Shown here: one piece after another, positions 24,400 to 37,400 of the stretch
Layout of the letters: every line of letters starts with the position of its first letter
Numbering within the stretch: the stretch's first letter is position 1
Assembly: GCF_009834535.1 (NCBI RefSeq)
Contig: NC_045697.1
Coordinates: 58,840,001 to 58,904,000 of the forward strand
Direction of reading: 5' to 3'
From: Camelus ferus
Taxonomy: Eukaryota
DNA length: 64,000 nucleotides
Program-made: the position numbers and the translations under genes
The notes under the pieces: generated by a model
What the model was told of the DNA's origin: nothing
The model's input: only the letters and a program-made list of their open reading frames with translations
The model's database searches: none

Positions 24400-25860
24400 A
24401 TATTAAAGGTAATGTAGTAGAATGGGGGACGTAAACAAAAACAAGAAATGCAAGAAGGCTTCAAGATTTCAGACTAGATGTTAACATGATTCACTTTATC
24501 AAATTCCCACAAATCAATCCAAATTCAATGAATTTTTAATCAAAATTCAATCATAAAATTTGGGAGGAACTTGACAATCTATTTTTTTAAAAATTTAACA
24601 CAATTTTGGAAAAGGAGTAAAAAAGAGGGAGGGATTAAGAATACTGCAAAGCCATACTGGTATCCTGGATTAGATTCAGGCTAATGAACCAGTAAAAGAG
24701 AACAAAGAGTCTATGAGTATATGGGAATTTGTTATACAGAAATAGAATCACAAACCACTGAAGAGAGCTTGCATTATTTGTGATGTATATTTAAAAAAAA
24801 ATGCCTAACTACAGCCAAAAGTGTTGTATTCCTAACTCATAACATAAAAACTTCAAGTTAATCTACTTGAATTCTAAGAGTGATTCTAAATGTGTAAGAT
24901 AAAATATTAATGACACTGGGTGAAGAATGGTTTCCGAAACACCTGCAAATCACAAACCAAAAGGGAGAAAATGGCATGTTCCTACTATATTTCAATGAAT
25001 GATTCCTGCTCAAACTTATTTAAAGGGCAACAGAAAGGAAGAAGATATTTGCCCAAATGAAAATGGCAAAGGCTTCCGATCAAGAGTTCTTACAACGTGG
25101 GGGAGGGGGGCAACCTAAGAGAAAAATAATGACTGTGAAGAGTCAATTTACAGAATCAACTACCCAATTGGTTAATTAGTATTGAAGAAGGATCTTCAGT
25201 CTCACTAGTAATCAGAGAAATGCAAATTAAAACAAGGGATGAGAAAACACTTAATATCTATCCAGTAGACAAAAATAAAAAAGCTGGCTTCTACCATTAA
25301 GCTTTGGTAAAGCTAAAAAGAAAGAAGAGTTCTGACCTATTTGTTCAAGTGGAAACTGTTGCAGCCATTCTGAAGAGCAACCTGTCAGTGCTTAGTGAAG
25401 TTAGTTTTTGCTATGTGTGTTATCTACTCTGGAAGGTATTCACAAGGAAACTCTCATACTGATCCACAAAGAGATATCTAAGGCAATGTTTGGCACATTG
25501 TTTTTGTAAAAAGTAGTAAAAGCATCCTCAGTATCCATCACTGGATAAGTAAAATGTGAACCACACATATGATGGACAAGGATGGGCAGACAGAATCACT
25601 AGAAGACTGGATGGGTAAAATGTGCTACATACATATGATGAAATGTGATACAGCAGTGGAATACTCAAATAATGGAGTATGATGTAGTTAGAATCACTAA
25701 ACAAACATCATATCAATATGGAGTTCAGTAACAGCACTGAGTGAAAAAAGTAATAAACAGATAAGATGAACAGCACAATACCACCTATGCAGTTATGTGT
25801 ATTAAAAACGTAAAATATTTTCTAATTTTTTAAGGATGTAAGTACATTTAAGTAAACTTT
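24400..25860 (+). mobile_element. Ancient L1 (L1ME-like) ORF2/3' remnant
   Basis: ctcactagtaatcagagaaatgcaaattaaaaca and other L1 ORF2-end text. Confidence 0.7.
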
Positions 25861-25939
25861 GAAAGTATGAGTGGAAGAGTATATTAAATACACTAGAGAG
25901 GGGAAGGAGAACAAGCTTGAGAAAGGAGGATGAAAGGTA

Positions 25940-26375
25940 TGTGTTAGTTTTCTATTGCTGCTGTTAACAGATTGCCACAAACTAAGTGGCTTACGGCAAC
26001 ACAAATGTTATTATTCTACAGTTCTATAGGTAAGAAATTTGATGTGGTTCTCAGTAGGCTAAAATCAAAAAGTCAGGAGGGCTGTGTTCCTTTCTGGAGC
26101 CACTAGGAGAGAATTCTAGTTTCTAGAGGTCCCCTTTGTCCATTTCCAAAGCCAACAAATGTTGCATACTTTTGTGTCTTTCTTTCTTCCCTCTCCCTTT
26201 TGCCACCCACTTCCACTTTTAAGAATCCTTGTGATTAAACTGGATCCACCTACTGCAAGGTACTTAACTTAACCACACCTGCAAAGTCCTTTTTAACCTG
26301 CAAGGTAACCCATTCACAGGTTCCAGGGATTAGAATGAGGACTACCTCTGGGAGGCCATTATTCTCTCTGCCACA
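25940..26375 (-). mobile_element. MaLR solo LTR (MLT1C/D-like)
   Basis: tgtgttagttttctattgctgctg...attcacaggttccagggattag...ctgccaca. Confidence 0.85.
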
Positions 26376-27672
26376 GAGAAAGATAAAAATAAGTAAATAA
26401 AACAAAGATTTAACAAATTGGGAAAGTGATGATAGTGTGACACCCAATGAGGAATGAAATCAACTCAATTCTGTGTGCCTGAAGTCCTAAAATAGCGTAG
26501 GAAAAGGATTGGGGAGTTAGCTGTGTTAAATGATGCTGAGAAGTCAACTAAGATAAGGATAGAAGAAGCAAACACTGAACTTGGCAAAATGGAAATATTT
26601 GGTGACCTTAATCAAAGCAATCTGAGCACAGTGGAAGCAAAGAATGTAGAATTAAAGTGGATTGAGGAGAGAATGTGAGGTGAGGAAATGGTGATAAAAC
26701 ACAATGTCACTTCTATAAAATGTATTTGTAGTATACAAAAATCTAATAGTAAAAATGAAATGCCACAAAATAGAGCACATAAATTATTCTATCTCTTAAT
26801 GGAATATCATGCAAATGCAACTGTTGTAAACACTTTAAAAGAGCCAAAATCTTACAAAAAAAAGAAAGATAAAAATTATACTGTAATCACAACTGCATAA
26901 ATACATAGATATATAGGCAAAATAGATAACACAGATAAAAAGATTTTAAAAATACACGAAACTCTGCATAGTGATTGCCTTTAGCAGGTTGATACATTAT
27001 TTTTTTTTCTTTAAAAACTTCCTGTTTTCCCAATATTCTATTATGAACATGAATTATTTTTAATTCCCAGACATAATGTAAATGTTTAGACACAGTAAGA
27101 GCCCTCAAAATTGTCTTTGTTTGAACAACTAAAATCTAAACATAAATATTTTACTTAAAAATATTTACAATAAAGTTTACAATAAAGAAACTGTGAAACC
27201 TGTTTGGAAATGGAACTCAGTTCATAACTGGCATCAGCCCATTACCTATGGGGAAGTCACTTGAAATTTCTGGGCCACAATTTCCTCAATTGTAAATAAG
27301 TGGATTGTGGATATAATCTTGAATGTTCCTTCCAAGTTTAAACATTTTATGAGAATATCCAGATTTGAATTGCATTCCTACTTTCATAGTCACCTTTATT
27401 TACATCAAAATCTACATAATTTACTTAGATCAAAAATGATCAGAAAAAAGAAACTCTCTTAGACTACTTCTGGTAATCAGAGTTTGTCAAGGTCCTGATG
27501 CATTTGTCACAACCCGACAGCAAGATATCATTAAATACTGTCACAAGCACAGACAGACTGAAACAATTTTGAATGGTTTCAAAACTCAACCAGCGCTGCT
27601 ACTGAAATGCTAGTGTATGTATGTCTAAGGCTCAATATATCCATTTGCCTGGTTGGTTGCCTTTCTTTATAG

Positions 27673-27880
27673 ATTATTTGGTTTGATAAGAGAGATGGGA
27701 AGGCCACACTTCCAGGCTCAAGGGAACTTTGGCTAACCATGTAGTTCTTTTAGCACAGAGCTCCCTCTGGAAATGTGCAGAGGCACTGCTCTCCAGGTAA
27801 TCCAGCTGAACAGAGCTCATGTTTATTCCTTCTGGCTTTCTTGGGAGCACTCTTCCACCTTCCAATGACAGCTTTCCTGT
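27673..27880 (+). pseudogene. Dynein post-AAA5 remnant (LFGLIREMGRPHFQAQ, cf. LLGIVVAKERPELEEQ)
   Basis: ctttctttatag acceptor; possible donor at 27796/27797; collinear position. Confidence 0.5.
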
Positions 27881-28889
27881 CAAGATGACTTTGGAGTTCA
27901 GCTATGAGATGGCAGCAAATCCACCTTACTGAACAATATCAATGCTTCATTCCCAATCCTTTATTTGTATTTCCTTAGACACATCAGCCTTCAAGCATGT
28001 AAGAATGGCAGGCCTGTGGGCATGGGATTATAAGAAGAACCATTATAATGTCTGGCTAAAAGAGTAAACTACATGTGACTTGACCAGTTAGGGAAGAAAA
28101 AAAAAAAAAACCTACCAGAAGATAGCATCTGCTCTACCCTTGCCCTCACTAACAGCCAGCTGTTTTCAGTTACTCTCACCTGCTGGCCAGGTTCTCTCGG
28201 GACGAACTCTCACCAGGGGTGAAGCAAATAAAAACAGTCAAGACTGAGCAATCAAGCTGCTTCAGTATTTTTTTTTTTTTTTTTTTGGCTCCTGGGCCAT
28301 GAACTCCTTCTGCCCACCTTGCCCTGGACCTTTCATTTCCTACGACTCTCCAGGCTGCCAGCTTTCTGTGAACTTTGGAATGCTTCTCTGACTCTGTCTC
28401 TGATAACAATGTCCTTGCAGGTTCTGCTTACCAAGCCTCTGGGTCATTAAATCCCCAGCTCGGTCAGTCCAGCTGATCCTAATTACATCATGAATAAAGG
28501 TGTGTGGCTAATTTTTTTTCCTTTTGGGGAATAGTTCACTTTTTATCAAACGAAACCATTGTTAAAGTCTGGTGAGATTAACATTGTATATTTTAACTTC
28601 TTTTCTATACACAAAGATGCCTCTTTCTGTCACTAATCAGTTATAATAATCAGTGGTGGATTTCCCATATGCACAGATGTGATCTTTTTTAAAACGTCCC
28701 TTTCAAATATCAACCTGGACATTCAGTTCAGGTTAATCTTTAAGCACAATGAATTCAAACTTCACAATTGTGCTGTATTCTCAGATCTCCTTCAAGATTT
28801 TACTATATTTATCCAGTTTTAGGAATGTGTGTAAGAATTCTAATGTCTGAAACATCTGGAAAGTCTATTGTATTTCACTTAGTATTAGT

Positions 28890-29110
28890 GCGGTAATAGA
28901 GGTAAAGATTTCAGATTTTGTGGCAGATTGCCTGAGTTCAAAGCCTACTTCTGCCAGGACTTTGGACCAGTCATTTAATTTCTTTGTGCCTCAATTTCTG
29001 TATTTGTAAAATGAATAATAATAGTTCCTACATCATAGGTTGGTTATGAAGAGTAAATAAGTTAATACACAAAGTGCTTAAAAAAGTGCCTGGTACACAG
29101 CACATTTTTA
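28890..29110 (+). mobile_element. MIR SINE (other MIR relics near 4700, 6600, 10900, 27250, 35300, 53950, 61100)
   Basis: MIR core: cctgagttcaaa...tctttgtgcctcaatttc...tgtaaaatg...agtgcctggtacacag. Confidence 0.8.
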
Positions 29111-30400
29111 ATGAGTAAGATATTACTACTGCTGTTATTGTTCATCTGTATCTTCTTTTCACTGCAAGTATTAACCATAATTTCAATTTCATCATTAATA
29201 AGTTATGTCTTAGAGGAGCCTTATCAGAAATGTGAGTGCAAAGCTATGCTTTAGAAATCCTAGTATTAGAAAATTCATGAATATGGATATTTCAAAAAAT
29301 AGAATATAGACAACCTAACCATTTGACATTAGACATGGCAAAGAAATAACAATGTTGTGATAGAGAGACTAATGTCCAAAGAGCAAAGGAAGAGACCTCC
29401 AAGATTTATTGAGATTTTATTCAATGGTTCTTTGAGTCACTCAAGCTAGTAATTGTGAAACCAATGAAGCTAGTGATGGAGAAAAAGAAATGCTTTCAGA
29501 GAGATTACAATGCCAAGAATTACAGTTTCCCAAGAACTTTACATATCATCCAAATCTAACCTGGTCCCATCATTTTCTCAAATGAGAATTCAGAAGCACA
29601 CAGATCAGAGGTGCCGTCCTGAATCACATGGTTTAGAAGGAAATGAGTCAGAACTACAAACCAGACCACCCTGTCCTACCCAGAGATTCCCATCCAGAGT
29701 CACAATGACCTCATATGTTTGAGATCTTAGGTTGAAACTGCCAAGGCTGCATGTTCACAAGCTTCATTATAGATACATTTTACTGACCAGACACCCCAAA
29801 GAGTAAAACATTTAATTCTGATTCTTAATTGGCCAAAAAAGTCCTCATCAATAACAAATTCTACCAACCTTCCTGCCGGTGTGCTTATTCTTTGTTTTAT
29901 GACAGATAGCTTTTCCCTAATTAAGTCTCCTTTCAGAACACAGAGATTATTCACTGTACCTTGAGAAAGCAAATCCCTTCTTCCTAGGAGCCCCATGTTC
30001 TTAATATCCAAAGGAACTGAGGCAAAGAAGCTGAACATAATCCAGTCCTCCTTTTCCAGCTGAGCTTTCATTTCATACTTCACTACAGTTTCTCTAATCC
30101 CCACTTTCTCTTTGGGTCACAGTGTATGCCAAACACACAGCATGCTTAAAATCCCTGCTGATCCGTTGAGATGCTACACAGTGCATGACAGAGTTTGGCA
30201 AGCATGTGCATTGAGACCTTTTTTTTTTTTTTAACATCTAAATAAAATGGAGCTTATGTTACCATCAGTTTCACTCTGTTTTTGAGGCCACTAAATCTTG
30301 CTACTCCCAGGAATGCCCCTTCTTCAAAGAGGCATCATCCTAATTGGGATCTGACCAAACAGCTGGATTTACAATGAGGCATTAACCATTGGTTAATTCC

Positions 30401-30403
<3 letters not shown>

Positions 30404-30440
<37 letters not shown>
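30404..30440. repeat. (CA)n microsatellite
   Basis: Direct reading. Confidence 0.95.
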
Positions 30441-32368
30441 AGCATCCTGCAGGAACAAGACTTACAAATGAGTGCTTGAAGACTCATTTCTCACTCTGAC
30501 CCCTGGGGTCAATGATGTCAGAGACACTATATCTGAAAAGAGCTCTAGAGTGGGAGTGAACAATCAGGACCAACAATAATGAGTAGTTCTTGAAGGTCAC
30601 AGCTGTTGAGCAGCTAATTGTAACTTGAAAAGCTGAGTACCAAGTTATTAATGATCTTGCTGATAAACTTTTTTCCCACTCCAAGTCACACAAGCTTTTA
30701 TTCTAACTTTGAAGATAAAGCAAGGGCTGCTGTGGCTATAAATGCAAGACTTTCCCCGTCTAGATGCAGCCATGCATATCTGACAGCCTCCCTTCCTAAA
30801 CACTCAGTATAAACTGGTGACCTTTCTATAAATTGAGGTACGCCTTCTGATTCCAAGATCTCTCCTAAGGAAGGGGGTAGTCAGCTCTGCCAAATATTTT
30901 GTTTTAGCTTGTTAACTATTTGGTATTATAAAACAGACTGAATAAAATCAAGTAAGTAACTACTCGGAGGCTTAAAATGACCCTTTCCTTGTTTCATATA
31001 TATTCATGTTGTAGAAAACACATCACCTTCATCTGAAACACAGACACTATATTACATACTTTCAAGTTAGGTTATGGGAGGTAGAAATAATACTTCCACA
31101 GGCTAACAAACAGTATAATAGAGGATAAAAAGAACTGTCTGCTTTTCTTAAGAATTACTAAAGGCAAAGTAATGCAGACATGAGGAAACACAATATACTA
31201 TTAGAAAATTAGAGAGCACATCGCACATGGAAATTCTATTCCAACAGTTTATCCCCTAGCCCTCAATGATGATTTAAGTCAGGGTCACTCTGTTCTCTGC
31301 TTCATTTTACAATTTATCTATTGGCTTACCATTTCTTCCCAAGCAGGAGTTAAATCTCCAGATTCCTATTACTTAGGTAAACAGAGTCGTGCATTTACAC
31401 ACAGTAGGTTCATAGTAAATGCTTACTGCATGAAGGAAATGAAATGCTTTAATTACAGTGTCTTTCCAACTGGAAGGCTGTTCATTGCTCTCACCACAGC
31501 AAGCCACTAAGGTTCCTGAATGAACCCCTGAGGCCTATCACAGAATGATGCAAGGCACTCAGCTTTCCTCCCCTCCACAACCCCAAAGGACTTAATGAGC
31601 AGTTTCTACAAAGCCCAGAAGCAAACAACTGAAATCTGAACTGCAGCCTGTTAGTATAACACAAGTTAAACTAGGAGAAAAACGTGTCTCCTGCAGGGCA
31701 GAGGTGGGAGCAAAGCACCTAATTATTTTGGTGAGATTCAAGCCTGTGAAAGAACATGTGTGCAAACACATAGACTCATTTTTTTTATTTGCTTAATAGG
31801 CTCGTCAGTGATATGTCATACAAACATGCCAATATTTTATCAGCTACCTCCTACTGTCATATATGGTAGTCTACTGATCACAAATATTTTGCAATTTACC
31901 TTATAATTAATATACCGTTAAAGAAATATTTATTGGGTAAATATTACAAGCCATAGATAATATTAAGAACTCTGGCAAATACATGATAAACAAAATAGTT
32001 AATTATCTCAATAATTTTATAATCAAGTAAGGAGGAAAAGGCACATATATACATAACTATACTATGATAGTGTGATAGAATCTACCATGACATTTAAGTG
32101 CCAAGTGTCACCATCACACCTATACTAATTCCTGTAAACCACGAGTAATACACAGATCAGTACGTTTCCGTCACTCTTGCATCTCCATCCACCTACAAAA
32201 ATGAGAAAGTTTCCACCAAGCCCAAATCATTTAATCACCCATCAAATTTCTTGATTTTCAAAATTAAGGTGATATCACAGCAGGCTGATAGAACAATTTT
32301 TTCAGTGGTGTCAGATCAGCTAAGCCAGGATGTAGGGAAGTGTGAATAACAAATGAATGTATCGCCTC

Positions 32369-32918
32369 TGTTAAGCATTTAGATAAGTGGGGGCACCAGG
32401 CAGAAAGGTGGAGGAGAGGGAGGATGGCCTGAAGATGGCGTTATGCCCACCTCCAGCACAAAGGGGCTTTACTACTTCTAAATGAGTGCCAGGAAGAAAC
32501 CGGTTAGAACCCGACAGCCGCAACTGCTCGGTAGCAGAAAGGACTTAATCAGACATGACCCAATGCTCATTGTAATATAATTAACATTGCAGTTTCGGCC
32601 TTGCCATGAGTCTTCTGTGTTAACCATGGGTAAGGACATGCACAAAGGGGACAAACATGACTAAGCATTCCAGGGGCAAAAGCCATCAATCAGTCAAGAG
32701 ACCACCTCTAAGTGAGGGTATGGAGAAGGGGCAAACAAAGACTGTGGCTTTTTCCTCCCTTGGAGCAGTCAGCCTCTTGTTCCTGGAAGTGTACTTTTCC
32801 TTTTCTAAATAAGTCCTTTAAAATCTTTCGATATACACTGCGCTGTCTCCTGTCTGTAATCTTATCTTTCGGGTAAGACAAGAACTGGGGTCTTTTCCCT
32901 TCCCCTTCTGGGGTAACA
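32369..32918 (+). mobile_element. Relatively young solo LTR (550 bp)
   Basis: TGTTA...TAACA inverted termini; flanks cctc/cttc; several CpGs retained. Confidence 0.85.
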
Positions 32919-34477
32919 CTTCTACCTCGTTCAAACTGGATAACAATGTAAGTACAAAATTCCAAAAGGCAAACTCTATCTCCATATAGTCTGTATTCAC
33001 CAAACTCCATGCTGGGCCATAGCATTTTCTAGCCATGACAAAAACTAAAATATGCAATGTTGCTTTAAAATGAAACAATTCAGATATCCATAAATTCTGT
33101 GAAGTTGTTTGTTTGTTTGTTTGTTTCTAAAGCAGGGAGCAAACCCAGTTACTTAAATGGTAAGATTTTTAGTTATCAGTCTTCAAAGTCCCCCAAAACA
33201 AGAATTAACCGATCAGCAAAAAAAAAGTCGGAAATGCTATCCAGATGTTCTTTACTCCCCTTTTACATCTACACTAACCCTTCTGGGACAATTCATACAT
33301 TTATGTGATTTCCTTTCTGTAGGTGATATACAAATCTGTTGCTAAAGATCTGATTTACTTTAATTCCCATTATTCTCAAAATCCCTACAGAACTGGCCAG
33401 GGACACCTGAAAATATATCACATTGAAAACTAAAATCATTATGTTCCTCAGAAACCAGTATTCCTTGCCAACTATTTAATTCAAAGTACAGATAAGGAAC
33501 ATAAGCATAGGTTGAACTCACAGCCATAAAGTATTTTAAAAACCACATATATTTCAAAACCTTTTATTTAATATACTCCATTTTTAAAGAAATTAATAAA
33601 AGTGCTTTTAGTTTTTCAGCTTTAAAGTCTATGGTCGCAATGTCTGAAATATTTTGCCCCAGGTATAAATTAAAACATTAATTTTGCACATTTCAAAGTA
33701 GTTAATGCATACATTTATATGCAACTTGCATTTAGATCCAGTTTTAATGGAAAAATGCACTTGTCTTCAGGGTAGCAGTCATATGAATAGACTCAATGGA
33801 GTAAAAGGCTTTATATTTTTTTCTATAAATATGAAAGATTTTTGGATTTGGCAAGGACTTGACAAATAATAGCCAATCCACTAATTTTACAGATAGATAT
33901 TACATAATTTACCTCAATTTACATAGTTATACAAGTAGCAGATGGCGGATTAATACTAAGGTGACTATATACATTATCACCCAAATCAGGACACTTTTGA
34001 GAATGTACAAGGACACTGTTAAGGATTACCGGAGGACAACTGTCATAAACTTGGTCTCTCTGGGGAAACCAGGATATATGGTTAGCCTAACTACAACACA
34101 TTCAATGTGTATTTGCTGCTTTAATTGAGAATATTCAATCTGCTATAGATATAAATGAAGAAACAAATGGGATAGATAAAACTTACGTGTTAAATATGCA
34201 TAATGTATAGGCAAGTAACTTGGGAGACACAGGCAGAATTCATAAGATGTACTAAGAAGAGAAAGCTAGAAACCCTTAGACATAATATAGAACTGATGGA
34301 AAAATTATGAGAATGGAACAAATAGTGTGTTACTTAGAAAGGGATATAAAGCCCATAAACCTTAAATATACATGAATCCCACATCATATGACTTCTAGAT
34401 TGACAAATATTCACCCCTAAATCTGCCTCCCCTGGTGACAACCATTCTGGTCCCTTTCTGACCCCATGTGCTCTCAG

Positions 34478-37400
34478 CTTGAAAGAGACAGATATAAGTC
34501 ATAGCAGCTCAATACATTAAAACAGTGAGCTACAGCTGTGGTCAGGTGTACGAGTCCCTGCATCTCTCCAACAAAGCGGGCTTGTGTTACCTGCAGGCAC
34601 CTTCCAACTACTGAGCTTCCACCTTTATCTGGCCTTTGTAACCACACCATCAGCAGAAATAGCTGACGAAGCAGAAAGTGAATCGAGATATTGCAACACT
34701 GCATAAAACAGAATTAAGAAAGTATGATCCTTCCAACCGTCCAATGGAACCCTATCCCAAAACTGTGTAAACCTACCCTAGAGCTTTGTCCTTGGCTTCC
34801 AATGACAGATAAGTAAGGCATGTGATTCCAGAATCTTGGCTTCTTGGTTTGTGAGCCTTTCAGTCATGACCTCTGTTATCGCTTGCCTGGTAGTTTATGT
34901 ACAGGATTTTATTGCATTGATATAAATTCCCACACAATACCACATATCTCCAAAATCCCATTAATTTATTTACTCTTTCAACAAACGTGAGTACCTTCCA
35001 CACAGTATGTTCAGTTCTGGGTGCTTGGGATACAAAAATAACAGACACAGCTTCTGTTCTTAAACAGAGTCCAAGGAGGAAAAGAGAGGGGTAAACAGAT
35101 AAGGTATGAAAGTACTGTCATATCCCAGCCTTCAGGGATCAAGGAAAGCTTCCCAGAGGAAATGACACCAAAGAATATAGAATAAGACAAAATAAAAGAG
35201 AACAGAATCGAAATAAAAGACTCACTAACATTTATTGCTTACTGCATGCTATACCATTTTCTAACTCATTTAATACTCACAACATCCCTATGAGTTATTA
35301 TTCCTATCTGAAAAATAGAAGGAAGGCATAGATTGGTCACATGTCTAGCAAGTGGAGGAGTCAGGATTGAATGCCACACATTCTGGCTCAAGAAACCATC
35401 CTCTTAATCATTAAAGTATACTGCCTCATATCCCAGGTGCCAAGAACTAAAATATGAATGAGAGTTAGAAAGGCAAATAAAGGAGAGAAGGGCATGGGAA
35501 TGTGAGAACCCAAATCAAGATAACAGCCATACTTAAGCAAAGTTAAAACATGGCATAGGTATGAGGAACTGTAAGAGTGAAGCTGTTAAATTAGGCTGGG
35601 CTCAGAATATGAGCTTATCAAATTCCTGACCAAAACACCTTCTCACCTCCCTTTTCACATGGCCCCATCATTCAAGTCTACTTCACAATCCTATAAGGGG
35701 AAAGTAAATGAATACATCATGTAGCATGAAACACAAAAATTGAAACAAGCCTTGAGACTTTCAATTAATGATAGCTTTCTTTTAATTTGTGGCAATATCT
35801 TATTGAAATATTCCACATTCTCTGAACTACAATGCAATACAAGTAAAGATTTTAATAGAATTTGCATCTAATCTAGAGTTCTATCCATTTCTATTTTGTT
35901 TAAATTTCACAAATGTAATTATTATATGTAAGCCTATGGATATGCAGGTGTGTATGTGTATTTGGCAATGAAAAATGTGAGAAATACAAAAATAGATCCC
36001 ATACAAGTAACTTTTCAACAATGAAATATAGGTAATAAATAAATAAATAAACCAACAAGACATATCTTCATAAGCCATTCCAATAATTCTGCTAGAATAT
36101 CTTCCTATTGAAATAACCACATTGTTTTTCTAATGCTATAAATAATCACATTACTTAATATGAATGAAAACAAACTTATAAATACCAGATGAACAACATG
36201 GTACATTTTTTCCTTTCATATGTGAAACTGTAGGAATAAATTACTTTTATAAGACCAGTAATTTCAAATAAAACTGAGAAGTCAATCTGTTTTTAAATTC
36301 CTAAGATTTTTAAAGAATGAAAGTCATAATGTGCTTACTTTTTAATATAGAAATGAAGGTGGATATAAATATTTTGTATGTCTAAGAAAAACATGTTGCA
36401 AATATTTGCAAATTCAAGGCTAGTTTTGATAAACATATCATTAAAGACAAATATTTTTTCCATGGTATAATTCTTAAATGTTAAAGTGATTTAAGTACCT
36501 AAACAAGCCTTTGCTTTTTTTTTTTTTGCTATAGACTATATATAAGTATGTTTAGATTAATCCAGTTAAAACTTACTACAATATAAAATATCCAGTTTGT
36601 TAATTTCCAAGTCACATCAAAAGATATCCCAGTGTTTTTCTATTACTTCAAACAGTATTACAACATTCCAGAAATGAAAAATTTAAAAACTTTTATATAC
36701 TTTGAATATGTGTTCACTCCAGCACTACTTAAGCCTGATGATTTACAGTTAATCAATGATCAAAAAAGAACAGGGAACTGCAATTCCAAAACAGAAGAAA
36801 ATCATTAAACTTAGTCACATTTCCCCAATTCCATCATATATCCTCATAAATCTAATCCTTTGTTGTTTGCTCTCCTTGCTATAGGGCATTTGAGAAAGAT
36901 CACCACGTCACTAATTTATCAGTGAGAATCAAAAACACTTTATTTTCTCATCCATTTAGTTCATGCTCTGTCATCATCTTATCACCTATCTATGAGCTTT
37001 CTGTGGTTTAGCATTAGTGGAGGCTGCCATAGGGGCAAAGCATAAGAAAAGTTTGTGGCTTTTTTACCAGTAGTATCAACCCACACGATTCGATCACCTT
37101 CATCAGCTTATAAATTTCCCTTCTCTAGATGAAAGCATACCCCCAGCTTCTCTCCTTGCCCATTCTCTTTTCTGCTTCAGCAATCTCATAAACCCTGGTG
37201 ACCTTAACTATCACCTTTATGTTGAAAATGTCTAACTCCTATTACTAGCAATAGCTTCTCTCGATATTTAGATTAATATTTCAGATTTTGCTTCACATCT
37301 ACACTTCAAACTCGGTATTTCTAAGACCAGATTCACCGTTTTTTCCTCTGAAAACCAAAGCTTCCTCTTGAGATCCTAATTCTGTGAATGCAACCACCCA

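Larger units (their letters stand above)
29960..33345 (+). pseudogene. AAA6-like remnants (PMFLISKG...FSLGHS ~30.0-30.1 kb; FLTLTPGVN ~30.5 kb; SPPK...FLSVGDIQIC 33157-33345)
   Basis: Resemble PIFFILSPGVD, ISLGQG, EPPKG and FNxGDxxI. Two competing LSPG-like matches mean at least one is chance. Confidence 0.4.
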
